From Microbotryum violaceum (lineage: Eukaryota): a DNA stretch of 64,000 nt. The stretch is taken from NCBI GenBank assembly GCA_001244265.2, contig CDLV01000009.1, positions 558,001 through 622,000 of the forward strand, read 5' to 3'. Under the pieces are notes generated by a model, which searched no databases, was not told the origin of the DNA, and worked only from the letters and a program-made list of their open reading frames with translations. Made by a program: the position numbers and the translations under genes. This document shows, piece by piece, positions 1 through 12,229 of this stretch (positions are counted from its first letter, which is position 1; each line of letters starts with the position of its first letter).

Positions 1-224
1 GAGGCCTTCAGCTACCTCGACGCACCCGTCGAGCGAGTCACTGGTGCCGATCTCCCCACTCCCGTGCGTATCACAAGCGTTCGCCCTATCCTTGTAACTG
101 AGCTGATCCTCACTGTCTTGATCCAATGCTCAACTTGCAGTATGCTCAAGTGCTCGAGGAGCTTGCCTTCCCTACGACCGATATCATTGTCAAGGTCGTC
201 AAGAGGTCCCTTTACAAGTCGTAA
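1..224 (+). CDS. PDB1: Pyruvate dehydrogenase E1 beta subunit, 3' end (partial; exons 1-63 and 141-224)
   Basis: Spliced translation EAFSYLDAPVERVTGADLPTP|YAQVLEELAFPTTDIIVKVVKRSLYKS* matches the PDH E1-beta C-terminus; intron GTGCGT(64)...TTGCAG(140). Confidence 0.9.
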
Positions 225-2292
225 AGAAAGAAAGCCATCTAACCCCCCCCCCTTTCCCCCCTTAACCTCTACTTTGTCATTCTTCTTTCTTTCGGAGCCC
301 ATGGGGGTCTGCTGCTGCTATATTGTTTGGACTAGAGTAAACTGAGGAACAGGCGCGTCGGCTTCTCGCTGACCTTGAGAGCTGCGAAGTACGTCCAAGA
401 TCGACCCGTCGAGGCTGATGTACAGAACAAAGAAGGGCCGAGCGACTCCAAGCTGCGAAAGAAGGGCTCGAGTGGGTTGATAGGCAGAGGGTGGCCCCTC
501 AGTCGATCGACGGCAGCAAGCACTTGTTGGTCTCGCCTTTAGGAACCACAACAGACGGCTCTCATCTGCTGCGGACCCCCCCCCCCCCCCCCCCTTCACT
601 CTCTTAGCTTGTTCGGGCGGCTCCGAGAACCAGACGAGTCGCAGTCAGGAAGCCTACACCCTCTGTAGCCAGATAAACTCTCTGCACCCTGTTTCTGAAG
701 CGCTACCTAGTATCAGCATGGAGGTTTGTCTCTGCACAGGCTTCGGCGAATGCAGGGCGGTGCGGCCGCCACCGCAAACCTGAGGCCCGATCGGTCCGAG
801 TCCCGGCGGCCGGCAGCCGCGATGATGTACGCGGAAAGTGGGAATGATTCGGCCTCGTGGAGGCAACTTCACACTATTGCTGTATCTTGTCGCATACAGC
901 TACAGGCGGTAACTCTGCAGCGCACTCTTGTTCGCACTCCAGCTGTCTAGCTAGCAGAGGGGCCCTCGAGTCAGACCTGTGACTCGGATTCGAGGAGCGA
1001 TCGGCGCGCCCGGCCGGCAAGCCGCAACACCCCGCGCGGTCCTTCGGTAGAGTTCGGCTTATCTCCAAGTTCTCGGAGGAGTTCCTGCAGTGTCTAGACT
1101 TTTCGGATGAGAGCTCTCTATCTACGCTTCAAGTTGGTGTGCTCTGAAGCTCTCTGCTCTCCATGCTCAGCGGGGGATAAGACAGTCCAAAAGTTCAACC
1201 GAGCCGAGCTCGGCCGACGTCGAGATGTGCGACAATTAAACACAATACTCTTGTTACTCGCGATCAGTCTCCGGTAATTCGGCCGAGTTCCGGATTTTAT
1301 TTTTATTTTATTTTATTTTATTGCATTGCGCCATAGTAGCCCCTGAGTACGCAAACCACCTTTACCTTCCGTCTCAAAGCTGACGTGATCACATATAGGA
1401 GCGCTGAGATTTTTTAGCACGGAGACCCCACGGGCGAAATTTCCTTATCGTGAGCGTAGTGTGCACATCGGCTAGCCGTGGTCCCAGCGAAACTTTATTC
1501 CATGGGAGGAGCTGTTGTGTTGCCCCTTGTTCAGGTGGATATCAGTGGATTGCTGTTTGCTGCCCTCGGAGTAGTCTGAGACCGCGTGACCAAAAATAGG
1601 CATCGTAATTGTGACTGGCGTCCCTAGCGCGCCAGTAGCGCGCGGTGCGATGTGCGACATTACCTTGGCGTTTGATCCGCGACCAGTGGAACGGCGCCAA
1701 TCCGCGCGATGACACGCCACAAAATCGTTTTGCCGTGGGGCTCCAAGTGCGGTATCCACACCAGGGCAATCCTGCAGTTGCATGTGAGCTTGTAGGGAGC
1801 GAACTAGTCGTAGGGAGCGATCTCAGTTGTTCCTTATTAATGCTAGAAGCACGCGGTTCGCCCAAGGCGCAGAGCTCTCGGCTAAAAATTGCTCGATGTC
1901 GCCATCACGGAGCCTCACGGAGCTTGCCGAGATGAAGCCCCCGAGTTGGCCTGCTCCTTTTCTCTATCTTGCGCATCCCCCACTGCTCGACGATCGACTC
2001 TTCCCAGGTGGTCAAGACCAGGATCAATCGATACGACAACACTGGAATAAGGCGACGATACTACTTTCACATCGCTTCTCTCGACGAGACCATATAGTAC
2101 GTCGGGACTGTTTTCCCTTCCTCGGCAACTCGACGAGCGCGCCACAGCCTCGGCAATCTGCAGTTGAAGTCGACCGGTGACGCGCTGCGCAAGAGCGTCA
2201 CCGAGACTGTTGGAACTTCGCACGCCTATTCGTTGCTGACTTTTGAGCCTATCCGCACACTTCTTATTCGAACCCTCCCTTTCAGAACGATC

Positions 2293-4843
2293 ATGGTTGG
2301 TATGCAAGGAACCGACGCCGCAGTGGCAGGACTCGCCTTCGCCACTTATGACGAAGCGCTCCAACAGGAGCAGTTCGCCAACTCGGAAAAGGCCCCTGCG
2401 TCATATGGTAGTCCCAAGCGATCCGACTCTTTCGAGGCTTCTACCGCCGCGATCGCTTCTGACGCCCCCACGGAAGAAGACAAGGTTAATCTGCGTCGAG
2501 TCCCCGCACCCATCCCCATTGCCAGTTTCCTCATGTGCGTTCCAATCTCCTCCTGAGTCCTTTGCTTTGACAGGTGGCGATATTCGGAAGGCGCTTTGCC
2601 CCTTCTTCCTGCCACCTGCAACGGAGCCGCGCTTGGGTGCCGTGACATGACAAAGATGACTAATTCGTTCGCAAAACCCGCACGCTTCACATTTTGAACA
2701 TTTCCTCCCTCATTGCAGTGGTTTCATCGAGCTCGTGAGTCCGCTCTCCGCTACCTCCACTTGTGATGTCTCAGATGACGTGCTTTGTCCGGTGAGCCCC
2801 CACCTTTTTCCTGGCATCTCTGCTGACTTGCCCGCTGTTCCTCCTTTTTCCCCCTCTCTACTCAGGCTGAGCGATTTTCCTACTAGTACGTTCGATGCGT
2901 ACCGCTGCCCACTCAGTACATTACCACAGTGTCTGACCGAGTTGTTTCGTCCGGCATCCTTTCTCTGCTCGCTCTCAACCGCACAGTGGAAGTACCGTCG
3001 TCTTCACCAAGTACGTGTGATTTTTCTTCGTCTTTTTTTTTGCGACCTCCGAAACTGACGTGTCCACTTTGTGCAACCCTCTCTCAGCTTCATTCAACAA
3101 AAGCTCCCCGCTGGCTCGACCACGGGTTCGTCAACCGCGAACCAGGTCTCAGGAGCTCTCGGCAAAGGTCAACGCGCGGCGACCGGTTTGACAACCTTCA
3201 ACTCCTTCTGGGTGTACGTCACGCCGCTGTTCGGTGCCTACATCGCCGATACCTACCTCGGACGTTACAAGACGATCTGCTGGGCCGTTGTTGTTGCCTT
3301 GATTGGCCACGTCATTCTCACCGTCTCAGCAATCCCTTCGGTTATTGCCAAGCCCGACACGTCGCTCGGTGAGTGCGGAAGCCCCTCGTGGGAGCGCTCA
3401 AATTTTGTGCGAGAAGGTCAATAGCTGAACTCGGAAAAAAACTCACAGGTATCTTTGTTGTCGCCATCATCATCATGGGTATCGGAACCGGCGCATTCAA
3501 GTCCAACATCTCGCCCCTGATTGCCGAACAGTCCGCTGTGGGACCCCTCCGAGTCGAGACGCGCAAGAACGGCGAGCGCGTTCTCGTCGACCCCATCCTG
3601 ACGGCATCGCGCGTTTACATGTACTTCTACCTCTCGGTCAATGTTGGTGCTTTGGTTGGACAGATCGGCATGGTCTACGCCGAGAAACGTGTCGGTTTTT
3701 GGCTCTCGTACCTCCTGCCGACCTTGGTCTTCCTCTTCTGCCCCGTCATCTTGTGGATCGGTCGCAACCGCTACATCAAGACTCCTCCCAACGGTTCGGT
3801 TCTCTCCAAGTCGGTGCGCGTCATCCGATTCGCTGGTCGAGGCAAGTGGACCCAGCCCAAGAGGCTCACGGCCAACGACTTCTGGGATGCCGCCAAGCCC
3901 TCCAACATCCCCGTCGAGCAACGGCCCGGGTGGATGACTTTTGACGACGCTTATATTGATGAGCTGAGGCGTGGACTGAAGGCGTGCAAGGTGTTCGTTT
4001 GGTACCCCATCTGGTGGCTAACTTACAACCAGTGCAACAATAATCTCGTGTCACAAGCTGCTACGATGCAGACCCACGGTCTCCCCAACGATATCTTGTC
4101 CAACTTGGACCCCTTCGCGCTCCTCATCCTCATTCCAGTCTGCGACTTGCTCGTCTACCCCGCCCTGCGCAGGTACGGTATCCGCTTCACCCCCATCAAG
4201 CGCATCACTGCCGGTTTCCTGATCGGTGCTCTGGCCATGCTTTGCGCTGCTGTAAGTTGATCAATACGGTGAACCTTTTGCGCAGCCATTTCTATGCTGA
4301 CCCTTCTTTCTCCGCCACGGTGATCTAGATCGTCCAGTGGCAAATCTACAAGCAATCGCCCTGCGGATACCAGGCCGCCACTTGCGAAGAGTTCGCTCCC
4401 ATCAACGTATGGGCTCAGGTAAGCACGAGTCGGGCCTACATGGCCTACATGATCAAGTCCTATTCCAGAGTTCTGATCCGTCCTTTTTTAACCAGACTCC
4501 GTCTTACGTCTTCATCGCGCTGTCCGAGATCTTCGCCTCCATCACCGGTCTCGAAATCGCCTACACGAAAGCGCCCAAGTCGATGCGCTCGCTCGTCACC
4601 GCTGTCTTCCTCTTCACGTCGGCGATCTCTTCCGCCCTCGGCGAGGCGTTCCTCGCCTTATCGAGCGACCCCCTCCTCATCTGGAACTACGGCGTGATGG
4701 GTGCTTTGTCCTTCGTCGCCGGGATCGGATTCTTCTTCTCGTTCCGCGAATTGGATGCCGACGAAGAACGCCTCAACGATTTACCCGAAGGTCACGTCTC
4801 GCAGAAATACACGGAAAAGGAGTTGCAGGCCGAACGATCTTGA
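2293..4843 (+). CDS. PTR2: POT/PTR-family di/tripeptide transporter, multi-exon
   Basis: ExxERFxYYG motif rebuilt across micro-exons (IGFIEL|AERFSY|YGSTVVFTN); PLFGAYIADTYLGRYKTI, GTGAFKSNISP, FYLSVNVGAL, SEIFASITGLEIAYTKAPKSMRS. Confidence 0.95.
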
Positions 4844-5315
4844 AAAAACACGGTTCGAGTTGCTTTCTATCTATAGATTATAAATAACGATAACCTTGAC
4901 CCGAGTCTTGCAAGTTGTAAGACTTGTAATACGCTCAAATGCTACAATGTTCAAGAATTCGGGGGACTTGTCTGAGACGGGATTGTGGTTGCGCGGTGAG
5001 GGCTGTACTACATTTAAAGCTACAGTCAAACCTGAAAAAATTCGTATTTTCGGTGGACGGATTTTCCCATGAATTAAGACAGGTATAAGCTTGGAGAGTT
5101 CGGCTTCAGATCAGTACATTATGACCTGAAACTCCGTTTTTGAGCTTCCTACATCAAATCAAGAATTTTCGTGCATTGTTCGAGTCGATACATTGACTTT
5201 TGAGGGGGAGGAATTCAGAAGCCCCGAATTACTCAATAGCAGCCAATGTACGGTGTCTACCGAGGCATGATGACATCTAACAAGTTATGAAAGCTCCAAG
5301 CAATAATATCTTGAC

Positions 5316-5702
5316 CTACTGACGCTGGAAATACGACGTCATTGTTGTCTGAATCCTCGCGGCATCCTGCTCGGCAACAAGAGTCCTGTGAATCCTCCTA
5401 GCCGCGTCCTCAAAAGAAATCAAATCCGTTGGACTTGAGTACCCATTCATAGCAAACCTAAGGAAAACATCAAGCGCTGAGATTGCCTCCGTCAGCGTCG
5501 TTCGCTCCGCCGGTCGGAGCTCTATCTCCGCTTCCTCCTCTCCTCCTTCTCCCTCGCAACTCTCCTCCTTCTCCCTCGCAATTCTCCTCCTTCTCCCTCG
5601 CAATTCTCCTCCAACTCTTCGGCAATGACCAGGTCCACAATCTCCTGATCGGTCATTTCAGCCCCACCAGCAAGGTTCTCCTCCTCCACATCGACGAGAG
5701 AA
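5316..5702 (-). pseudogene. C-terminal remnant of a pogo/CENP-B-type transposase
   Basis: SLVDVEEENLAGGAEMTDQEIVDLV...TLTEAISALDVFLRF...RIQTTMTSYFQRQ* resembles the TDxEIV and QTTxxSYF tail of Tigger/pogo transposases; frameshifted by a 22-nt triplication; no DDE domain seen. Confidence 0.65.
5546..5611. repeat. 22-nt tandem repeat x3 (CTTCTCCCTCGCAAYTCTCCTC)
   Basis: Copies at 5546-5567, 5568-5589 and 5590-5611. Confidence 0.9.
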
Positions 5703-7930
5703 GCACGTCGCGACTAATAGCCTGTCAACGGGTCAACCGCCGCCTTTGCTCTACTGGGTCGAGTTCATTTCTGAAAATCACGCGTTTTCTGTTCTTGCGG
5801 TTTAGTGTCGGTTTAGGCATTTTGAAATGAACGCCCTGCGCGCGCGTCCAATTTAGCTTGCCTCTGATCAAAGTTGATCGATGCATCTCAAGAGGCACTT
5901 CTCAGCGCGTCAATCCGCGCTCACTCGAACTATCGTTCTCAACTCTTCACGATGGTCCGCAAAAGCGCTATTCAATGGCAACGTGATGATGGTCGCGTCG
6001 AGATCGAAGAAACGGAGAGGGATCTTCAAGAACTTTTATCCCTCAACCAATCCATTCTGCTGGAGATTGATACGGGGATGGATTCCGACTTGTTGTCGGA
6101 CGCGATGGACACGGACTCCGACGCGTCGTTGCCTCCAGCCTCTTTCTCACCGTCGGAAGACCTGCGATCCGCCAATGTTACCAACGGCACAGCAAATCGC
6201 TCCTCTATCCCGGAAACTCCACTGGTTGATTCTTGGCTTTGCCAATTCTGCCCCGAATCGTCCGAAGTGTCCGACGACCGGTCTGACGTTCTTGACAGGC
6301 TGAGGACGTTCCGCACCAATCACTTTCGCATGAACTACCGCTAATACAGGCTCTTTGGAACCACCTAGAGATGTTGATCCGCAAATAAGAAGAACTCGCG
6401 GGACAACGCTACGCGAATCGGGCAAAGAACTACGCCGGCAGAGGACCCGGCCACGGGCTGATGAGGTGTTTGGATGTGGAGCGGGGTCATTGATCGTCTC
6501 AAGGTTGGCGGGAGACGGGAGACCTTGACCGGTTTCACCCAGCTGTTCACGAGCCTTCCTGTACTTTGCTTTCTCTCTGCAGCGGGTGTTCGACTATATC
6601 AGCTCTTGCCGGACCAGACGTCTGATTCAAGCTGGGGAATTACCGTTTCCACCATCCTATTGCGCGTTCGATAATAATTCTTTTCACAGGCCGGCCCGAG
6701 GTGTGGGCCTTCGCGTCGGGGCTAAAGAAATGCGCCATGTCCGGGCGCTCGCTGTACACCCCTTCCATCATCTACAATAGGTCAAACGAGAAGTAAGACG
6801 CGTACCGAGAGATCGACGTCGGATGCATGCGAGTTGGCAACTCAAGACTTTACCTCAAACAACGCGTTGTCGCGCTTCTTGGTGTAGGTGGGGTTGCGCT
6901 TTCCTTTTTCGGTCGCCGGAGCGTGTTTAGTTAGGGTGGCCGCGATAATGTTGTGTTGCTTGAGAAACTCGAAGTAGAGCGGCGCATCGGAATCTAACCT
7001 TGCGGGAAAGTTTTCCGATTTCGACGACTTCGTCAATGGGGTCGGGGAAGACGTTTTGGCCGGCGGAGTTGTTTTGGTCCGCTTCGAGGTTTGCGACGAG
7101 CTCAGACCCTGTCGCTTCTCAGACCCCTTGCGAACCTTGGTCTTGGCTTCTGAGGTTCGCCTGGGCATTTAAACATTGCAAGCTTCCGTTAGCTCTTTGC
7201 TTGATACACGCCAGTACGATAACCGATACATACTTTTGACGGGGAAGGGGCGCCCTCCGAGGATAAGGACGACGAGAGGGGCCTGTTGCTTTGACGCGCC
7301 GGGACGGGCCGTTGCCTCGCTTGCAGCATATTCGAGGGTACCCGTTCTGGGAGCAGTTGTAGAGCGGCGAGACGTGAGTTTAAGTGCCCACCCTCCCAGG
7401 TGCAGAATCACAGCGAAGCGAGCTCACACTTGGTCGGCTGCGAACGACGTGTGGACGACGTCACGTTGGGTCGCGTCCGCTTTGCTTTCAGATGGGTATC
7501 GCGTCGCGATCTTGGAGGCGAAGGTGATGAAGAATCAGCAATGCTAGACGATCGAGTGCGCATCCTAGGTTAAGAATGGGCCTTCCGTGAACGAAGAAAA
7601 TGTTCCAATAGTGCAAAAGTGAAGTGTGGTGAATTGCTGAGGGGTGGTTGTTCGAGCTCAAGAACAGTCGGGCGCGTCGACGCGCGAGACGGTCTTCCCA
7701 CTGCTGGGGTGGGAATCAGCACCTATCAGCACCGAAAACAACGCGCCATCATATACACAAGTCCACTTTTTTCTAAATAATAAACAAAATATAAGATGGG
7801 AATAACATTCTCAGTTGGTCTAGGACGCATGAGAGTGTATTGAGGAATATTATAAGTCTGTTGTCACTGCATTGACTCTGAGGCTGTGATTCATCATATG
7901 GCTGGCTCGAGTTTGGACGCCACGGGACCT

Positions 7931-8070
7931 TAAACCGTTGCTTAAATCGCGTTAAACCTGCTCGCGAGCAGGTTTAACGCAAGCGGTTTAAGAGCGGTTT
8001 AAGGCAATTTAGCAACGGTTTACTGGAAGCGCGTGCGTCGCTAAACCGGACTAAACCGCTCTAAACCGGT
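7931..8070. repeat. Perfect 32-bp palindrome within a cluster of TAAACC/GGTTTA motifs
   Basis: GCGTTAAACCTGCTCGCGAGCAGGTTTAACGC at 7949-7980; about nine TAAACC motifs in both orientations. Confidence 0.9.
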
Positions 8071-10012
8071 CGCGCGCGAAGAAACGAACTCGACCCTGTG
8101 CTCGCTTCTCGGCTGTTTCGGGCATTTCGGATTGTTCCAGCAGGCGGCTCGTCAACAAGAACGCCGAAGGAGAGGCCAATTCCTGATCAATCGCTCATTT
8201 CCGGCTCTCTCTTATCTTATAGTTTGACCTGTAAACCCATAAGTTATAAGGTATAAGATTGGACCGGTTTTGTCAGCCAAAAAAGTCGGGAGATTGAAAA
8301 GTCCATAGATTTTGCCAGGTATAAGATTGGGCGATATAAATTTTCTCAGGTTTTGACTGTACTAGAGGGCCTTTACAACAACTCGGCTCCACCCAAGGTA
8401 CCCCATGGATGGCTGGCCGCAAGGTTGGCCGCTGTCACCCTGATTCGAATGCATGTTATTGATCAACCACGCCACAACGTTTCGTTCCCCACTCAGGCTT
8501 TGGCTGAATTTGCAGGCCGTGGAAAGTTTGTGCGTTCCAAAAAGGATGTTTGCGCCGATACTGCTCCGGAAAGGGTGCTAGAGTCTGCAAGCGTGGTCTC
8601 AGCCGACCTCCTCGGCACCGTGCTTCCAGTGACGACCCGTGGTTTGTCCTCGGTGCATGTTACCGTCATGCGCGATTCGATCCCCACAGTCTTTGTGCAG
8701 TCTTTGTGTAAAAACGTCTCGCGCCATCCTGATCTTTGAACTTCAGGTATGCCGGTGGCAGCTCTTGTGAATACACGACGCCGGCTCGGATCCACTTGTT
8801 GCCCCCCGAGTCGGCGAAGAGGTGGCGGTTGCGGCGGGGATCGATGTCCGGAGTCTCCGCAGGACCCGCTTCCTCACGATCGAGGTGCTTCTGAAGCTCC
8901 TCCGCCGTCATCGGCACCGCGCTCGACGCCGACAGACAAGGGAGGCCGGGCAGGAGCTGATGGGGGGGAGAGGTACTCCATGCCCCACTCCGGGTCACCT
9001 TCGCCGACGAGTCGCGCCTCGCTCCAGTCGACGGACGGGAACTTGAGGTGGAGATTTTTGTTTCGGAACTCCGCAGCGTCGAAGATCCTCTCCGTGGCCC
9101 CCTCCGTCTTCGAGGGGCGGAAGTACGGCATCCAGTCGTCGTCCCATTCGGGTTGGGACGATTTGTCATGAACGACGGATGCGGACGCCCCTGTCCTTTC
9201 CTCGCTGTGTCTATCCGACAACCAGCCCAAAAAAGCCTGCTAACATTCAGCAACACGACATCGCTTGATTCTTTTCACTTGGAACATCGTCTTTGTCATT
9301 GTCGGCATTGTCATCGTCGTTGCCGTCGTCGTCTGCGTCGTCGTCATCGTTGTTGGATATCAAGTCATGGGTTGGCAGGTCGCTGGGGACGGAAGGATAA
9401 GGAGGGCACGACAGGTTAGAAAGGGGATGGTGGGATGCAACACACCCGCGGCTTGGGGTTCTGTGACTGGTTTAAATAGTTTTGTTTGGTCGAGGTAGGA
9501 AATTTCATCTCACACACCAGTGCGGGTGGCATTCTGATTCAAGAAGCTTCCGTCCCCGGGTTGCACATCTCGTGCGCTGCGCCGTCGGATGTTGCAATCT
9601 ACTTTCGCGCAAGGCACCGTTTCCAAACATTCCAGCAGCCCCCCCAATGGCCCCGTCGACGCGCGCAATGTGATAGAGTGTTCTTTGAAAATTGCGATGG
9701 TGACTACTGCCTTTGCTACATGTTTGGGATGAGAGGGAGGGAGGGAGGGAGAGAGAGAGAGGGAAATTGATGCACAAGTTGTGGGAAAGCGAACGAACGG
9801 ACGAAGGTCAAAAAATAAGCGTGGGGGGAAAGAGCTTCATAAGATGTTGGGGCGAGTGTGTAGTACCACAAAGAATTGAAAGAGACGTCAACTGAGAGGA
9901 ATAGGACAAGAAGTCATGGTTGAGGAGAGAGGGGTATTCGTAAAGACACTGAAGATGCTTGCGACTCGAAGAAGGAAAGCCAGGATACGGAAAGCAGATG
10001 CCAAAACGTCGA

Positions 10013-11480
10013 TCAGTCCAGACTCATGCGATGTTCGAGCTTGTAGTTGTTCCCTGACGTCGTGATACTACTCCCGTCTATTTCACTTTCGTCGGCCAAT
10101 TTGACTTTGTTCCTCATTACTGCAGAGAAGCCAGTTTAAATGATGAGCATCCCCACTCTCCTCTTTCTTGTCTTGCCCCAGTCGACTCCATCGGCCACAG
10201 TGACTCACGATGATACCTCAGCCCTCTCCCAAAGTTGCGATAACAGATCGTCGAAGTCGTGATAGTCCACACCAGCGCGGCGAAACACAACGCCGCGAAG
10301 AGGGTCAACGACTTGAACACGAGGACGTAGTCAGTTGATCGGAGTTGATAGATCCGCACGAGCTGTGTGGAAAAAGGGAGTGAGGATCCGAACACAAGGA
10401 GAGACGCTCAGATTTCGAGAAAATAAACCTTTACCTTGTAAGTAAAGTAGATCAAGCCCAGCCCACAGCCGACGGTGAAGATCCAGTACAACGATTTTTG
10501 CTCCTTCCTCACGCCGAGATACCCACAGATCAAGATCGCGGTCGTCGCTGGTAATGCAGCGACGGTCAACCACCTCTCGACATCGTTCTGCTTCAGAACG
10601 AGGAATACGAGTTGGAGCGAGAAGGCGAGGAAGAAGAAGACGTCTATGAAAAGGGGTCAGAAGGGGATCAGTTGAGAGCAAAAATCGGTCGGATCGAGTG
10701 CAAAGTCAAGAGCACACACCAAACTTGAGAATGACGAGAAAAACCTGATACCACATGTAAGCCTTCTTAATTCCCCTATCCGCACCGATCCTTTTGAAGA
10801 CCTGCCACCCGAAATCGCGGTAGATGAACCAAAAGGTGGCGAGGTAGGTGATTTGCGTGACGAGGATCATCCCTGGGATGAGCCAAACGAGGATCCGGAG
10901 GACGCCTTTGGCGATAAGGTTTTTGATTTCGAGAATCTGGAGGATAGAGTAGGCGAGAAAGAGGGTGTTGAACATGATGAGAGCGACCTTTGGAAGAGAG
11001 GGTGAGAGCTAACGTTAGTCATCGGAGACTCAAAAGTCACTTGCGGCGGGCAAAGGGCTGCTTACGACTTGAATCGTGTTCTTGGCGACGATCGCATCCA
11101 TCGCCAATACGAGTTGGACGATATGGGCCAAGATGAATCTGTGTTGGGTGCGGTGCTCAGGGCAGGGCAGACGAGGTCAGATTTTTATCGCGCGCGATCC
11201 GAAATCTTCCGAGTTTTTCCCTGGACTGACAATCCCATGTAAACGGGCAGAACGGAGTCCTCGTTCCTCTTGAGCACGGTCTGAAAGACATGTTCCTCGA
11301 ACGAATTGAGCAAGACGGCGACGATGCAAGTATCACTGCGAGGGATCGAACGACATTCCAGACCGAGGAGAATGGGTTGAGTGAAGATGATTAGCGCCCC
11401 GAAAGCCATACGCGCGCGGGTTGAGAATCGAGTTGGTCCACTTGCATGATGGTTTCAAAGAGGGTGACGGAGAGGAATAT
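10013..11480 (-). CDS. UPF0658-family multi-pass (Golgi) membrane protein; 5'-most exon(s) not resolved
   Basis: Spliced: IFLSVTLFETIIDTCIVAVLL...DAIVAKNTIQ...YRDFGWQVFKRIGADRGIKKAYMWYQVFLVILKFDVFFFLAFSLQ...CYRNFGRGLRYH...RMSLD*. Confidence 0.75.
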
Positions 11481-12229
11481 CTGGGACGAGATGGATTGGG
11501 GGATGTAGGAAAGTAGACGTTCTTTCCATTCGCGGATCGTCATCGCTGCTGGAGGGGGTGGTGGTGGGGAAGCCCTTGTTCAGGAGAGAGCGAGAGCGCG
11601 TGCGCGCGCACACGGACGACGGGCACTAAGACACGCGTATAGGGAACGGGAACTCTGCGGCGGACGTTCGAATGATCGAGCCGAGTTGTGTGGAGTCTAC
11701 TTGGTGTAGATGGGGGGTACGATGTCTGCTGACCGTTGTTGAATATGGCGCGCAAGAAGAGGAGGCGCAACCGTATCCAGTTGGTGCCGCTAGCGACAAG
11801 GGAGGAGCGCTTGGATCGGGTCGGGCCGCGGTGCTGCTGGCTATGCAGTGCGATGATGCGCGGCGGGTGGTCGTCGAGTAGAGTGAAGCGAGCAAGCCAC
11901 GAGACGCTGCGGATGGGAAGACGGGGAGTGAATGAATGCGGTCGGGTTGCAAGTCGGGTACGAAGCGAGAGAGGAGAGGAATGTATCACAAGTGAGACAT
12001 GCGGCAGTAGCGTGCACGGTACTCAGTCGGGACTCGGTACCCGTCCGCCGGCGCCGGCGCCGGTTGGCGTAGAAGACTCTCGACGCGATTATCGACGCGA
12101 CGCGCACGAAGCGTTCGATCATTGATGAGCGCCCCTCTTGGACGCGTTGCCATCAATTTCCGGTCTCGCGCATCAGGACAACGGGTTTGCTCTGGGCTTG
12201 TCCTGCCTCCCGGATTATAATCCCCGAAC

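Larger units (their letters stand above)
5023..8359 (-). mobile_element. Defective pogo/Tigger-like (Tc1/mariner superfamily) DNA transposon
   Basis: TA|CAGTCAAACCTGAAAAAATT at 5021 and AATTTTCTCAGGTTTTGACTG|TA ending 8361 form imperfect TIRs with TA flanks; internal transposase C-terminal remnant. Confidence 0.7.

Noticed and set aside
1050-1460. GATAAG/CTTATC sites upstream of PTR2 as nitrogen-regulated GATA elements
   Set aside because: Biologically plausible, but too few and too short to distinguish from chance.
5719-6301. 10-bp inverted pair AGCCTGTCAA / TTGACAGGCT as TIRs of a nested element
   Set aside because: Short, no TSD, and the right copy lies inside an ORF; plausible by chance.
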